IMG/VR virus record: IMGVR_UViG_2703718854_000003
DNA length: 36,981 bases
From: a virus
Lineage: Duplodnaviria > Heunggongvirae > Uroviricota > Caudoviricetes
Strand: one strand, 5' to 3'
The notes under the pieces were generated by a model, which saw only the letters and a program-made list of their open reading frames with translations, ran no database searches and was not told where the DNA came from. Positions 17,980 through 26,979 of the stretch are shown in pieces. How positions within the stretch are numbered: the stretch's first letter is position 1; each line of letters opens with the position of its first letter. The translations under genes were made by a program, and so were the position numbers.

Positions 17980-18444
17980 ATGAAGTTTGTTGCGCCAGAA
18001 CAGGCACCGGAACAGGCGGAAATCATCAGGAATACGCCGTTCTGGCCTGATGTGGACCTGTCGGAGTTTCGCAGTGTGATGCGCACTGACGGCACGGTGA
18101 CGCAGCCGCGTTTAAAACAGGTTGCCCTGTCGGCAATTTCGGAGGTCAACGCAGAGCTGTATGAGTTTCGCAGACGCCAGCAGATGCTGGGGTATGCCTC
18201 GCTGGCAGAAGTCCCGGCGGAACAACTGGACGGCAAAAGCGAGCGCATTCAGCACTATTTCAACGCGGTTTACTGCTGGGCACGCGCCATGCTCAACGAA
18301 CGTTACCAGGACTATGACGCCACGGCATCCGGTGCGAAGCGAGGCGAGGAACTGGCGGAAGCAAGCGGTGATTTATGGCGTGACGCCCGCTGGGCCATCA
18401 GCCGGGTGCAGGATGCGCCGCACTGCACAGTGGAGCTTATCTGA
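17980..18444 (+). CDS. L: Head completion/stabilisation protein (P2 gpL-like)
   Basis: Start at ATG 17980 after AGGAGAAAG; about 154 aa; synteny. Confidence 0.75.
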   Translation: MKFVAPEQAPEQAEIIRNTPFWPDVDLSEFRSVMRTDGTVTQPRLKQVALSAISEVNAELYEFRRRQQMLGYASLAEVPAEQLDGKSERIQHYFNAVYCWARAMLNERYQDYDATASGAKRGEELAEASGDLWRDARWAISRVQDAPHCTVELI

Positions 18445-18647
18445 TGAAAGTGCGTGCGCATCAGTATGACACGGTGGACGCACTTTGCTGGCGTTATTAC
18501 GGGCGCACGCAGGGTGTCACGGAGCAGGTACTGAAGGCAAATCCGGGGCTTGCCGAATACGGCCCCTTTTTACCTCACGGGCTGCAGGTGGAGCTGCCGG
18601 ACATTCCGACAACCACCACCGTGCAGACCGTCCAGCTATGGGACTGA
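18444..18647 (+). CDS. X: Tail protein X (P2 gpX-like)
   Basis: 67 aa, same size and position as P2 X; start overlaps the L stop. Confidence 0.7.
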   Translation: MKVRAHQYDTVDALCWRYYGRTQGVTEQVLKANPGLAEYGPFLPHGLQVELPDIPTTTTVQTVQLWD

Positions 18648-18650
18648 ATT

Positions 18651-18866
18651 ATGACGCTTGAGCGAATCAGCGCCTTTATCACGTACTGCATCGCCGTCGT
18701 GCTGGCCTGGCTGGGCGATTTGTCCATCAAGGATGCCTCAACGCTGGGCGGCCTGATGATCGGTGTGCTGATGCTGGCTATCAACTGGTACTACAAACAC
18801 AAAGCCTACCAGCTTCTGCGCGACGGGCAGATCTCGCGGGAGGACTATGAATCCATCAATCGTTAA
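18651..18866 (+). CDS. Holin
   Basis: 71 aa with two hydrophobic helices (ISAFITYCIAVVLAWLG; LGGLMIGVLMLAINWYY) and charged C-terminus; directly upstream of the endolysin. Confidence 0.75.
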   Translation: MTLERISAFITYCIAVVLAWLGDLSIKDASTLGGLMIGVLMLAINWYYKHKAYQLLRDGQISREDYESINR

Positions 18867-19359
18867 ACGCTGCCTTGTCGGGACCGTGCTGGCTATTGCT
18901 GCCACGCTGCCGGGTTTTCAGCAGCTTCACACCTCCGTGGAGGGGCTGAAACTGATTGCTGATTACGAAGGCTGTCGTCTGCAGCCGTATCAGTGCAGCG
19001 CGGGTGTCTGGACCGACGGCATTGGTAATACATCGGGCGTCATCCCGGGCAAAACCATTACGGAACGACAGGCAGCGGAAGGGCTGATCTCCAACGTGCT
19101 GCGTGTGGAGCGGGCGCTGGAAAGGTGTGTGAAGCAACAGCCGCCGCAGAAGGTGTATGACGCTGCGGTGTCGTTTGCCTTCAACGTGGGAACGGGAAAT
19201 GCCTGCAGTTCCACACTGGTGAAATTACTCAATCAGCGGCGCTGGGCAGATGCGTGCCGACAGTTGCCGCGCTGGGTTTATGTGAAAGGTGTTTTTAATC
19301 AGGGGCTGGATAACCGCCGTGCGCGGGAGATGGCCTGGTGCTTACAGGGAGCAAACTGA
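18847..19359 (+). CDS. Endolysin, lysozyme-like with N-terminal signal-anchor (SAR-type)
   Basis: N-terminal hydrophobic segment CLVGTVLAIAATLPG followed by a lysozyme-like region (EGCRLQPYQCSAGVWTDGIGNT). Confidence 0.75.
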   Translation: MNPSIVKRCLVGTVLAIAATLPGFQQLHTSVEGLKLIADYEGCRLQPYQCSAGVWTDGIGNTSGVIPGKTITERQAAEGLISNVLRVERALERCVKQQPPQKVYDAAVSFAFNVGTGNACSSTLVKLLNQRRWADACRQLPRWVYVKGVFNQGLDNRRAREMAWCLQGAN

Positions 19360-19360
19360 A

Positions 19361-19738
19361 ATGAAAAAGAAATTAATCAGCGGACTGTTTCTGATGTTAT
19401 GGATGGCGCTGTTAATCGCAGCAATGGTGTATCCGCAGGGGATTTTTCCGGTACTGGCAGCGTCCGGCGTTTGGGTAGCCTGTTTGCTGACATGGGCGGT
19501 AATTCCGGTAGCACTGGCTGCGTTAATTAAGAATGGCCCGCTCTGGCAGGAGTTAAGGGCATCTTTGCTGAATACAATTACCCGAAAAGAAAACGTATTT
19601 ACCAGTTGGGTGATGCGATTGCTGATTGTTGTAAGTCTCGCCTGGACGGGGTGGGCTATTACCCTGGTCTTTTATCTACTGACCGTTATTGCCTTCTGGA
19701 TCACCCGTAATCAGATGGCGCAACAGGTAGCAGCATGA
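19361..19738 (+). CDS. lysA: Lysis-associated membrane protein (P2 LysA-like)
   Basis: Start at ATG 19361 (MKKKLISG...); multiple TM helices; position between endolysin and spanin. Confidence 0.6.
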   Translation: MKKKLISGLFLMLWMALLIAAMVYPQGIFPVLAASGVWVACLLTWAVIPVALAALIKNGPLWQELRASLLNTITRKENVFTSWVMRLLIVVSLAWTGWAITLVFYLLTVIAFWITRNQMAQQVAA

Positions 19739-20163
19739 ACCGGTTGCTGCTGGTTGTGCTGGCGTTATTACTGGCGGCGCTGGGCTGGCAGACGTGGCGG
19801 CTGGCTGATGCCAGCCAGACCATCAGCACGCAGGCAGACGAGCTGCAGAGCAAAAGCCAGGCACTGGCAAAGAGCAATAGCCAGCTTATCAGCCTGTCCA
19901 TTCTGACTGAAACCAATAACCGGGAGCAGGCGCGGCTCTATGCCGAAGCAGAACAGACCAGTGTACTGCTGAGACAACGACAACACCGGATTGAGGAACT
20001 GAAACGTGAGAACGAGGATTTACGCCGCTGGGCTGATACACCTTTGCCTGCTGACATTATCCGGCTGCGGGAACGCCCCACACTCACCGGAGGTGCAGCT
20101 TACCGTCAGTGGTTGTCCGCGAGTGACGCCGTGTCGGCTGGGACAGGCAGCGCCGCGCACTAA
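19735..20163 (+). CDS. lysB: i-spanin (Rz-like, P2 LysB-like)
   Basis: N-terminal TM anchor (LLLVVLALLLAALGW) then coiled-coil periplasmic domain; contains the embedded o-spanin gene. Confidence 0.75.
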   Translation: MNRLLLVVLALLLAALGWQTWRLADASQTISTQADELQSKSQALAKSNSQLISLSILTETNNREQARLYAEAEQTSVLLRQRQHRIEELKRENEDLRRWADTPLPADIIRLRERPTLTGGAAYRQWLSASDAVSAGTGSAAH

Positions 20164-20296
20164 CGGTGGCCTGAACGCGTTGCTGGATGAAACGGAGGCC
20201 GCCTGGGCGGTCTGTGCAGACAAAGTGGACATGATTATTGCGTGTCAGGAGCGAAACAGTGAACAAACCACAATCCCTGCGCCACGCCCTCAATAA
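20006..20296 (+). CDS. lysC: o-spanin lipoprotein (Rz1-like, P2 LysC-like) embedded in +1 frame of lysB
   Basis: Signal peptide with lipobox LSGC (MRTRIYAAGLIHLCLLTLSGC); GTG start; overlaps lysB and the R start. Confidence 0.65.
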   Translation: MRTRIYAAGLIHLCLLTLSGCGNAPHSPEVQLTVSGCPRVTPCRLGQAAPRTNGGLNALLDETEAAWAVCADKVDMIIACQERNSEQTTIPAPRPQ

Positions 20297-20690
20297 AGCG
20301 GTGCCTTATGTCCGCAATAACCCGGACAAACTGCATCTGTTTGTGGATAACGGTTCGCTGGTTGCCACGGGGGCCAGCTCCATGTCATGGGAGTACCGCT
20401 ATACCCTGAACGTGGTGATAGAGGATTTCAGCGGCGACCAGAATCTGCTGATGGCCCCGGTTTTACTGTGGCTTCGGGATAACCAGCCCGATGCCATCAA
20501 TAACCCGGCGTTACGGGAAAAGCTATTCACCTTTGAGGTGGATATTTTGCGCAACGATGTCTGTGATATCAGCCTTAACCTGCAATTGACGGAACGTGTG
20601 CTGGTCAGTACTGACGGCAGTGTGTCGAGCGTTGAAGCTGTAGCAGAACCCGATGAACCTGAAGAAATGTGGACGGTGAAACGTGGCTGA
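20259..20690 (+). CDS. R: Tail completion protein (P2 gpR-like)
   Basis: Synteny. Start placed at GTG 20259 after AGGAG; N-terminus then begins VNKPQSLRHAL, which resembles what I recall of P2 R (MLKPDSLRRAL). Confidence 0.7.
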   Translation: MNKPQSLRHALNKAVPYVRNNPDKLHLFVDNGSLVATGASSMSWEYRYTLNVVIEDFSGDQNLLMAPVLLWLRDNQPDAINNPALREKLFTFEVDILRNDVCDISLNLQLTERVLVSTDGSVSSVEAVAEPDEPEEMWTVKRG

Positions 20691-21129
20691 ACTGCAGAAG
20701 GTGGACGACTGGCTGAGTGCCTTGCTGGCGAATCTGGAACCAGCCACGAGAAGCCGCATGATGCGCCAGCTGGCGCAGGAACTGCGCCGGACACAGCAGC
20801 AGAATATCAGGATGCAGCGCAATCCAGATGGCAGCAGTTATGAACCGCGCAGGGTAACAGCACGCAGCAAGAAAGGCCGCATCAAACGTCAGATGTTTGC
20901 AAAGTTGCGCACCACAAAATACCTGAAAACTGCCGCCAGCGCCGACTCTGCCAGCGTACAGTTTGAAGGCAAGGTGCAGCGTATTGCCCGTGTTCACCAT
21001 TACGGCCTGCGTGATCGCGTCAGTCGCAAAGGACCGGAGGTCCGTTACGCAGAGCGCCGCCTGCTGGGTGTAAATGATGATGTTGAGGCAATGACCCGCG
21101 ACATGATTCTGCAATGGCTGGCGGAGTGA
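20683..21129 (+). CDS. S: Tail completion protein (P2 gpS-like)
   Basis: 148 aa; GTG start overlapping the R stop; synteny. Confidence 0.7.
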   Translation: MAELQKVDDWLSALLANLEPATRSRMMRQLAQELRRTQQQNIRMQRNPDGSSYEPRRVTARSKKGRIKRQMFAKLRTTKYLKTAASADSASVQFEGKVQRIARVHHYGLRDRVSRKGPEVRYAERRLLGVNDDVEAMTRDMILQWLAE

Positions 21130-21133
21130 TCTT

Positions 21134-21151
21134 TGTATCAGCACTGATACA
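21134..21151 (+). promoter_or_regulatory. Ogr-type late promoter element (TGT-N12-ACA) for the V-W-J-I-H operon
   Basis: Perfect dyad TGTATCAGCACTGATACA about 47 bp upstream of the V start. Confidence 0.65.
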
Positions 21152-21197
21152 AGTTGCAGCACTGCCGCCTTTCTTCCCCTGATGGCAACCTTTCCCT

Positions 21198-21776
21198 ATG
21201 AACGCACAATTAACCGAAATCATGCGCCTTATCACCAACCTGATCCGCACTGGGGTAGTCACCGAAGTGGACAGGGAAAACTGGCTTTGCCGGGTGAAAA
21301 CGGGCGAGCTTGAAACCAACTGGATCAGCTGGCTGACGCTGCGTGCCGGGAATGCCCGCACATGGTGGCGACCATCGGAAGGTGAGCAGGTGGTGCTGCT
21401 GAGTCTGGGCGGCAATCTGGAAACCGCCTTTGCGTTACCCGCCATCTATTCGAATCAGTTCGCGCCACCGTCGACGTCGGCGGACGCCTGCGTGACAGAA
21501 CATCCTGACGGTGGCTGGTTTGAATACGAACCCGCCAGTGGGCGCTGGTATGTCAGGGGCATCAAATCAATGGTCATTGAGGCCGCTGACAACATCACCA
21601 TGAAAACCAGTGAGTTTGTACTGGAGGCTGACCGCACGCGCATTAACAGCGAAGTGGTGATCAATGGTGGCGTTACCCAGGGCGGCGGAGCGATGAGTTC
21701 TAACGGGATCGTGGTTGATGCGCATCAGCATACTGGCGTCCTGAAAGGCGGCGATACAACCGGAGGCCCGGTATGA
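21198..21776 (+). CDS. V: Baseplate spike/assembly protein (P2 gpV-like)
   Basis: 192 aa; synteny. Confidence 0.75.
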   Translation: MNAQLTEIMRLITNLIRTGVVTEVDRENWLCRVKTGELETNWISWLTLRAGNARTWWRPSEGEQVVLLSLGGNLETAFALPAIYSNQFAPPSTSADACVTEHPDGGWFEYEPASGRWYVRGIKSMVIEAADNITMKTSEFVLEADRTRINSEVVINGGVTQGGGAMSSNGIVVDAHQHTGVLKGGDTTGGPV

Positions 21777-22132
21777 CGCTTTATAGCGGGATGAACAATA
21801 CCAGCGGCAAAGTCATTACTGATATTGACCATCTGCGCCAGTCGGTGCGGGACATTCTGCTGACGCCACAGGGTAGCCGCATTGCCCGTCGGGAATATGG
21901 TTCCCTGCTGTCGGCACTGATAGACCAGCCACAAAATCCGGCATTACGCCTGCAGGTCATGTCGGCAGTGTATGCGGCGCTGAGTCGCTGGGAGCCACGG
22001 CTGACGCTTGATTCCATCACCATCAACAGCAACTTTGACGGTTCTATGGTGGTGGAGCTGACCGGGCGGCGTAATAACGGTGTGCCTGTTTCCCTTTCCG
22101 TATCAACAGGAGCAGAGAATGGCAGTGATTGA
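21773..22132 (+). CDS. W: Baseplate protein (P2 gpW-like, gp25-like)
   Basis: 119 aa; synteny V-W-J-I. Confidence 0.75.
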   Translation: MTLYSGMNNTSGKVITDIDHLRQSVRDILLTPQGSRIARREYGSLLSALIDQPQNPALRLQVMSAVYAALSRWEPRLTLDSITINSNFDGSMVVELTGRRNNGVPVSLSVSTGAENGSD

Positions 22133-23027
22133 CCTTTCGCAGTTGCCTGCGCCGCAGATTGTGGATGTGCCGGACTTTGAGACGCTGCTTGCCGAACGCA
22201 AGGCCGAATTTGTGGCGCTTCATCCGAAAGATGAGCAGGAAGCAGTGATCCGCACGCTGGAACTGGAATCTGAACCCGTCACCAAATTGCTGCAGGAGAA
22301 CGCTTACCGTGAGTTGCTTCTGCGCCAGCGCATTAACGAAGCCGCGCAGGCTGTGATGGTGGCTTACGCGATGGGCAGCGATCTTGACCAGCTCGCTGCC
22401 AACTACAACGTGAAACGCCTGACGGTGACGCCTGCTGATAATGACGCTGTGCCGCCCGTTGCAGCTGTGATGGAAAGCGATGAAGCGTTACGCCTGCGTG
22501 TGCCTGCAGCCTTTGAAGGGCTTTCAGTTGCGGGGCCAACTGCAGCTTATGAATTTCATGCCCGAAGCGCCGACGGCCGGGTGGCGGATGCCAGTGCAAC
22601 CAGCCCGGCACCTGCAGAGGTGGTGCTGACTGTCCTTAGCCGCGAAGGCGATGGAACTGCAGAAAAAGACCTGCTGGACGTGGTGGAAAAAGCTCTGAAC
22701 AGTGAGAACGTCCGCCCGGTGGCTGACCGTCTTACGGTTCGCAGCGCAGAAATCATCCCGTACCGTGTGGAAGCCACCATTTTTCTTTATCCGGGACCGG
22801 AAGCAGAGCCGGTAATGGCAGCGGCAAAAGTCAGCCTGCAGAGGTACATCGCCAGTCAGACGCGGCTCGGTCGGGATATTCGCCGTAGTGCTATTTTTGC
22901 CGCGCTGCATGTTGAGGGTGTTCAACGTGTGGAACTGGCTTCTCCGCTGGCGGATGTGGTTCTGAACAAAACACAGGCGGCATCATGTACGCAGTGGAGC
23001 GTAACCAACGGAGGAACGGATGAATAG
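22119..23027 (+). CDS. J: Baseplate wedge protein (P2 gpJ-like)
   Basis: Start at ATG 22119 (MAVIDLSQLP) after AGGAGCAGAG; about 302 aa; synteny. Confidence 0.75.
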   Translation: MAVIDLSQLPAPQIVDVPDFETLLAERKAEFVALHPKDEQEAVIRTLELESEPVTKLLQENAYRELLLRQRINEAAQAVMVAYAMGSDLDQLAANYNVKRLTVTPADNDAVPPVAAVMESDEALRLRVPAAFEGLSVAGPTAAYEFHARSADGRVADASATSPAPAEVVLTVLSREGDGTAEKDLLDVVEKALNSENVRPVADRLTVRSAEIIPYRVEATIFLYPGPEAEPVMAAAKVSLQRYIASQTRLGRDIRRSAIFAALHVEGVQRVELASPLADVVLNKTQAASCTQWSVTNGGTDE

Positions 23028-23625
23028 TCTGCTGCCACCGGGTTCAACACCACTGGAGCGCCGACTGGCGCAAACCTGCAGCGGGATTTCTGATCTGCAA
23101 GTGCCGCTGCGTGACTTGTGGAATCCGGCAACCTGTCCGGTCAGTTTCCTGCCTTACCTCGCCTGGGCGTTCTCTGTGGATCGCTGGGACGAGGGCTGGA
23201 CAGAAAGCGTCAAACGCCAGGTAGTGAAGGATGCTTTTTATATTCATCAGCACAAAGGAACCACCAGTGCCGTACGGCGGGTGGTGGAGCCGTTCGGCTT
23301 CCTGATCCGCATTATTGAGTGGTGGCAGACCGGAGAAACACCGGGCACGTTTCGCCTGGATATCGGCGTGCAGGACCAGGGCATCACTGAAGATACCTAT
23401 CTGGAACTTGAGCGGCTGATAAGCGATGCCAAACCATGTAGCCGTCACATGATCGGCATGTCCATCAATCTGCAGACCAGCGGTCCGCATTGGGTGGGGG
23501 CCGCCAGCTATCTTGGCGAAGAAATCACGATCTATCCGTATATCAACGAAACAATTATTTCCGGCGGCACCGCGCATGAAGGCGGGGCGGTCCATGTTAT
23601 TGACACAATGAGAGTGAATCCATGA
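23020..23625 (+). CDS. I: Baseplate/tail-fibre attachment protein (P2 gpI-like)
   Basis: 201 aa; synteny. Confidence 0.7.
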   Translation: MNSLLPPGSTPLERRLAQTCSGISDLQVPLRDLWNPATCPVSFLPYLAWAFSVDRWDEGWTESVKRQVVKDAFYIHQHKGTTSAVRRVVEPFGFLIRIIEWWQTGETPGTFRLDIGVQDQGITEDTYLELERLISDAKPCSRHMIGMSINLQTSGPHWVGAASYLGEEITIYPYINETIISGGTAHEGGAVHVIDTMRVNP

Positions 23626-25019
23626 GCACAAAATTTTATACCCTGCTGACGGATATTGGCGCGGCGAAACTTGCCAGCGCCGCCGCGCTCGGTGTGCCGC
23701 TAAAAATTACCCATATGGCGGTGGGCGATGGCGGCGGAGCATTGCCGACGCCGGACGCAAAGCAGACGGCACTGGTAAATGAGAAACGCCGGGCTGCGCT
23801 GAATATGCTCTATATCGACCCGCAGAACAGCAGCCAGATTATTGCTGAACAGGTGATCCCTGAAAATGAGGGTGGTTGGTGGATACGTGAAGTGGGTCTG
23901 TTTGATGAGTCCGGGGCATTGATTGCCGTGGGCAACTGCCCGGAAAGCTATAAGCCGCAACTGGCTGAAGGCAGCGGGCGTACCCAGACCGTGCGCATGG
24001 TGCTGATTACCAGCAGCACGGACAATATCACCCTGAAAATCGACCCTGCTGTAGTGCTGGCAACCCGCAAGTATGTGGATGACAAGGCACTGGAGCTGAA
24101 GGTGTACGTGGATGACCTGATGGCAAAACATCTTGCCGCGCCGGACCCGCATTCACAGTATGCACCCAAAGAAAGTCCAACGTTTACCGGAACCCCCAAA
24201 GCGCCAACGCCAGCGGCGGGGAATAATACCACGCAGCTTGCGACCACCGCGTTTGTACAGGCGGCACTGACGGCCCTTATTAATGGTGCGCCAGCCACGC
24301 TGGACACGCTGAAAGAAATAGCCGCAGCCATTAACAATGATCCGAATTTCAGTACCACCATTAACAATGTGCTGGCACTAAAAGCACCGTTGTCGAGTCC
24401 GGCACTCACCGGAACGCCAACAGCCCCCACGGCGGCACAGTCGGTCAACAATACACAGATTGCCACTACGGCTTTTGTGAAATCGGCGATTGCGGCAATG
24501 GTGGGTTCTGCACCTGCGGCACTGGATACACTGAACGAACTGGCGGCGGCGCTGGGGAATGACCCGAACTTTGCCACGACAATGCTTAATGCACTGGCAG
24601 GTAAACAACCGCTGGACAATACGCTGACTAATTTGAGTGGAAAGGATGTAGCTGGTCTTCTCGCATACCTTGGTTTGGGAACGGCATCGAAAAGGAATGT
24701 CGGGACGGGGGCAAATCAGATACCGGACATGTCCGCCTTCGCGTCAGGATCTGGGTATCAAAAACTACCGGGAGGATACATTTTGCAGTGGGGATCTGCG
24801 AATGCAGGTAACTCAGCATCAACGGGAATATCTAATACGTTCCCAATTCCATTCCCGTCAGGGATTATCATCATTACGACCGGGCAGATTGACCCCTCTT
24901 ATACTTCAGCACAACAGCCAGCAGCAGTCGGTATTTCGTCGCCCACTACCACTGGGTTTATTGCGAAGTCAGCCGCAGCTAACTCGGATGCCTTTAACTA
25001 TTTAGCGATTGGGTACTGA
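23622..25019 (+). CDS. H: Tail fibre protein (P2 gpH-like) with invertible C-terminal variable region
   Basis: N-terminus [24 protein letters not shown] resembles P2 H as I recall it. Internal repeated PNF(S/A)TT..N.LA.K.PL blocks; the C-terminus (...NYLAIGY) parallels the oppositely oriented alternative segment at 25860-26243. Confidence 0.8.
   Translation: MSTKFYTLLTDIGAAKLASAAALGVPLKITHMAVGDGGGALPTPDAKQTALVNEKRRAALNMLYIDPQNSSQIIAEQVIPENEGGWWIREVGLFDESGALIAVGNCPESYKPQLAEGSGRTQTVRMVLITSSTDNITLKIDPAVVLATRKYVDDKALELKVYVDDLMAKHLAAPDPHSQYAPKESPTFTGTPKAPTPAAGNNTTQLATTAFVQAALTALINGAPATLDTLKEIAAAINNDPNFSTTINNVLALKAPLSSPALTGTPTAPTAAQSVNNTQIATTAFVKSAIAAMVGSAPAALDTLNELAAALGNDPNFATTMLNALAGKQPLDNTLTNLSGKDVAGLLAYLGLGTASKRNVGTGANQIPDMSAFASGSGYQKLPGGYILQWGSANAGNSASTGISNTFPIPFPSGIIIITTGQIDPSYTSAQQPAAVGISSPTTTGFIAKSAAANSDAFNYLAIGY
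24658..24683 (+). repeat. Candidate invertase crossover site (left inverted repeat) inside H
   Basis: TTCTCGCATACC-TT-GGTTTGGGAACG; shares the TT-GGTTT(G/A)GGA core, in inverted orientation, with the site at 26190-26215; resembles the 26-bp hix/gix architecture (AAACC-NN-GGTTT core). Confidence 0.5.
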
Positions 25020-25020
25020 C

Positions 25021-25455
25021 ATGGGAAATTATATTTTTAGTCCATCAAAAAATGCTTTCTATCCGTTTGAGCTAAAAACTTCATACGAAGCAACAGACTC
25101 ATGGCCGGAGGATGGAGTTGATGTAGAAGATTCTATTTTTATAGAGTTCACAGGAATTCCACCTGAGGGAATGATTCGTGGGGTTAGCGATAAAAACATG
25201 CCAGTCTGGGTTCTGCGCCCTGAACCTACACAAGATGAGTTAATTGCAAATGCTGAAGCAAAAAAACAATACCTTATTGAACAAGCGAACAATTACATCA
25301 ATAGTAAGCAGTGGCCCGGCAAAGCCGCTTTAGGTCGCCTGAAAGACGTGGAAAAAGGGCAATATAATCTGTGGCTGGATTATCTCGATGCGCTGGAGGC
25401 CGTAGACACCTCCGGCGCACCAGATATTAACTGGCCTGAGTCGCCGGAGGCGTAG
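25021..25455 (+). CDS. Tail fibre assembly protein (chaperone), orientation-A copy
   Basis: N-terminus MGNYIFSPSKNAFYP...; paralogous to the minus-strand copy at 25427-25858. Confidence 0.75.
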   Translation: MGNYIFSPSKNAFYPFELKTSYEATDSWPEDGVDVEDSIFIEFTGIPPEGMIRGVSDKNMPVWVLRPEPTQDELIANAEAKKQYLIEQANNYINSKQWPGKAALGRLKDVEKGQYNLWLDYLDALEAVDTSGAPDINWPESPEA

Positions 25456-25858
25456 GCCATTCCGGGTCTGCTGTTTCAACACGCATCAGCAGCACCCGGT
25501 ATTTTTTCCATTCAGTAAGCGCGGCGGTTTCAACTTCCGTCGCGATGCCTACATCAACGGCATCCTGTCGCCATGCTATTTCTGAATCTGCAATAACGCG
25601 CAGGGCTGCTTTTTTGTCTTCATTTGCAGCAATTATGTCTTCTTGAGTTGGTGCTGGTATATCTGTCCATGCCGGAAGGCCGTCATCACCTGCTATTCTC
25701 ATCTTTCCTTTTTCAGCAGGCGTCTGAATAAAGTTAAATACAATATCATCGCTAACTTCCACTGAATCCTCAGGCCACGCCCCTGATTTAAGGTATTCAG
25801 ATCTTAAATCAGAAAGATAAAACTCATTTTTGGAAGGACTATAAAAAAACTTATCCAT
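25427..25858 (-). CDS. Tail fibre assembly protein, alternative (orientation-B) copy
   Basis: N-terminus MDKFFYSPSKNEFYLSDL..., paralogous to the plus-strand copy; convergent with it inside the invertible segment. Confidence 0.75.
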   Translation of the reverse strand: MDKFFYSPSKNEFYLSDLRSEYLKSGAWPEDSVEVSDDIVFNFIQTPAEKGKMRIAGDDGLPAWTDIPAPTQEDIIAANEDKKAALRVIADSEIAWRQDAVDVGIATEVETAALTEWKKYRVLLMRVETADPEWPTPPATQAS

Positions 25859-25859
25859 A

Positions 25860-26243
25860 TTAATAACCTATAGCCAGATAATAGAATTGTTCTGATGATG
25901 ACAAGGTGCTTTTTGCAATAATTGACGCCCTTGTAACATTGCAGAACCCTATCGCTCCAGGAATAGAGGTTGACGTATATGTCTGATCGACATTACCAGT
26001 CATAACTGTAAATACCTGATTTGGAAAGGTGAAAGGGAAGTTACAAACAAGCCCTGTAGAATTTGATCCTCCAGCTGTGCCGTATGCCCATTGAATGATA
26101 AGCGTCTTTTTATCAGTGCCAAGTAGCACAGGTAATCTCAACCAGCCATTTTCTCCAAATGATGCACTTGCTGCATCTAACTTAGCGGCTCCTCCTAAAC
26201 CAACGTTTAAGAAAATGAAGAGATAACGGCTAACTGGCATCAT
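25860..26243 (-). CDS. Alternative tail-fibre C-terminal variable segment (becomes fused to H after inversion)
   Basis: Minus-strand frame whose end (...SEQFYYLAIGY) parallels the H C-terminus (...[11 protein letters not shown]); its 5' end runs through the crossover site, so it lacks an independent start. Confidence 0.65.
   Translation of the reverse strand: MMPVSRYLFIFLNVGLGGAAKLDAASASFGENGWLRLPVLLGTDKKTLIIQWAYGTAGGSNSTGLVCNFPFTFPNQVFTVMTGNVDQTYTSTSIPGAIGFCNVTRASIIAKSTLSSSEQFYYLAIGY
26190..26215 (-). repeat. Candidate invertase crossover site (right inverted repeat)
   Basis: Reverse complement reads TTTTCTTAAACG-TT-GGTTTAGGAGGA; inverted relative to the site in H; about 50 bp upstream of the invertase gene. 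Confidence 0.5.
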
Positions 26244-26264
26244 TTCCGGTTTCTATTCAGGGGG

Positions 26265-26837
26265 ATGATCATGCTTATTGGATATGTACGCGTGTCAACA
26301 AATGACCAGAACACCGATTTGCAACGCAATGCGCTGAACTGCGCGGGATGTGAGCGGATTTTTGAGGATAAAATCAGTGGCACTAAGTCCGACAGACCGG
26401 GGCTGAAAAAACTGCTCAGGACACTATCGGCAGGAGACACGCTGGTTGTCTGGAAGCTGGACAGGTTGGGGCACAGTATGCGGCATCTTGTTACGCTGAT
26501 AGAAGAGTTGCGCCAGCGTGGTGTGAATTTCCGAAGCCTGACTGACAGTATTGATACCAGTACCCCAATGGGCCGTTTCTTTTTTCATGTCATGGGTGCC
26601 CTGGCTGAAATGGAACGCGAACTGATAGTTGAACGTACCAGGGCAGGGCTGGCTGCAGCTCGTGCTAAAGGCAGAGTAGGTGGACGCCGTCCTAAGTTGA
26701 CCACTGAACAGTGGGCACAGATTGGACGTTTACTCGAGGCCGGAGAATCAAGACAGCGTATTGCACTGATTTTTGATGTAGGCGTTTCTACCATTTATAG
26801 AAAATTTCCGGCAAATAAGAGCAATGAATCCCCCTGA
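26265..26837 (+). CDS. Serine recombinase DNA invertase (Hin/Gin/Cin/Pin family)
   Basis: N-terminal catalytic motif (M)LIGYVRVSTNDQNTDLQ with the active-site Ser in YVRVS; C-terminal HTH (GVSTIYRKF). Start at 26265 or 26271. Confidence 0.9.
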   Translation: MIMLIGYVRVSTNDQNTDLQRNALNCAGCERIFEDKISGTKSDRPGLKKLLRTLSAGDTLVVWKLDRLGHSMRHLVTLIEELRQRGVNFRSLTDSIDTSTPMGRFFFHVMGALAEMERELIVERTRAGLAAARAKGRVGGRRPKLTTEQWAQIGRLLEAGESRQRIALIFDVGVSTIYRKFPANKSNESP

Positions 26838-26885
26838 ATCAGCATAATTTTGATTATCCCTGCAAGCAGACAAATACCGTCATTT

Positions 26886-26903
26886 TGTGTGAATAACGGT
26901 ACA
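26886..26903 (+). promoter_or_regulatory. Ogr-type late promoter element (TGT-N12-ACA) for the FI-FII-E-T-U-D operon
   Basis: TGTGTGAATAACGGTACA about 77 bp upstream of the FI start. Confidence 0.6.
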
Positions 26904-26979
26904 ACTGCGCTTAGCTGTTTGTCAGGCACAATCACTTCAACATAGGGCGAAGCCTAATCCAATCAGGAGGTTCGCCACT

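Noticed and set aside
15088-18248. Various antisense and out-of-frame ORFs across the P/O/N/M/L region
   Set aside because: They overlap syntenic capsid and terminase genes and have Arg/Cys/His-rich compositions typical of spurious frames in GC-rich DNA.
24180-24620. Repetitive sequence inside H, considered as a possible CRISPR-like or tandem-repeat array
   Set aside because: The repeats are in-frame protein-level repeats of the tail-fibre shaft (PNF.TT..N.LA.K.PL), not direct nucleotide repeats with spacers.
26240-26440. 66-aa minus-strand ORF overlapping the invertase 5' region
   Set aside because: Overlaps the well-supported invertase gene and its upstream crossover site; no support.
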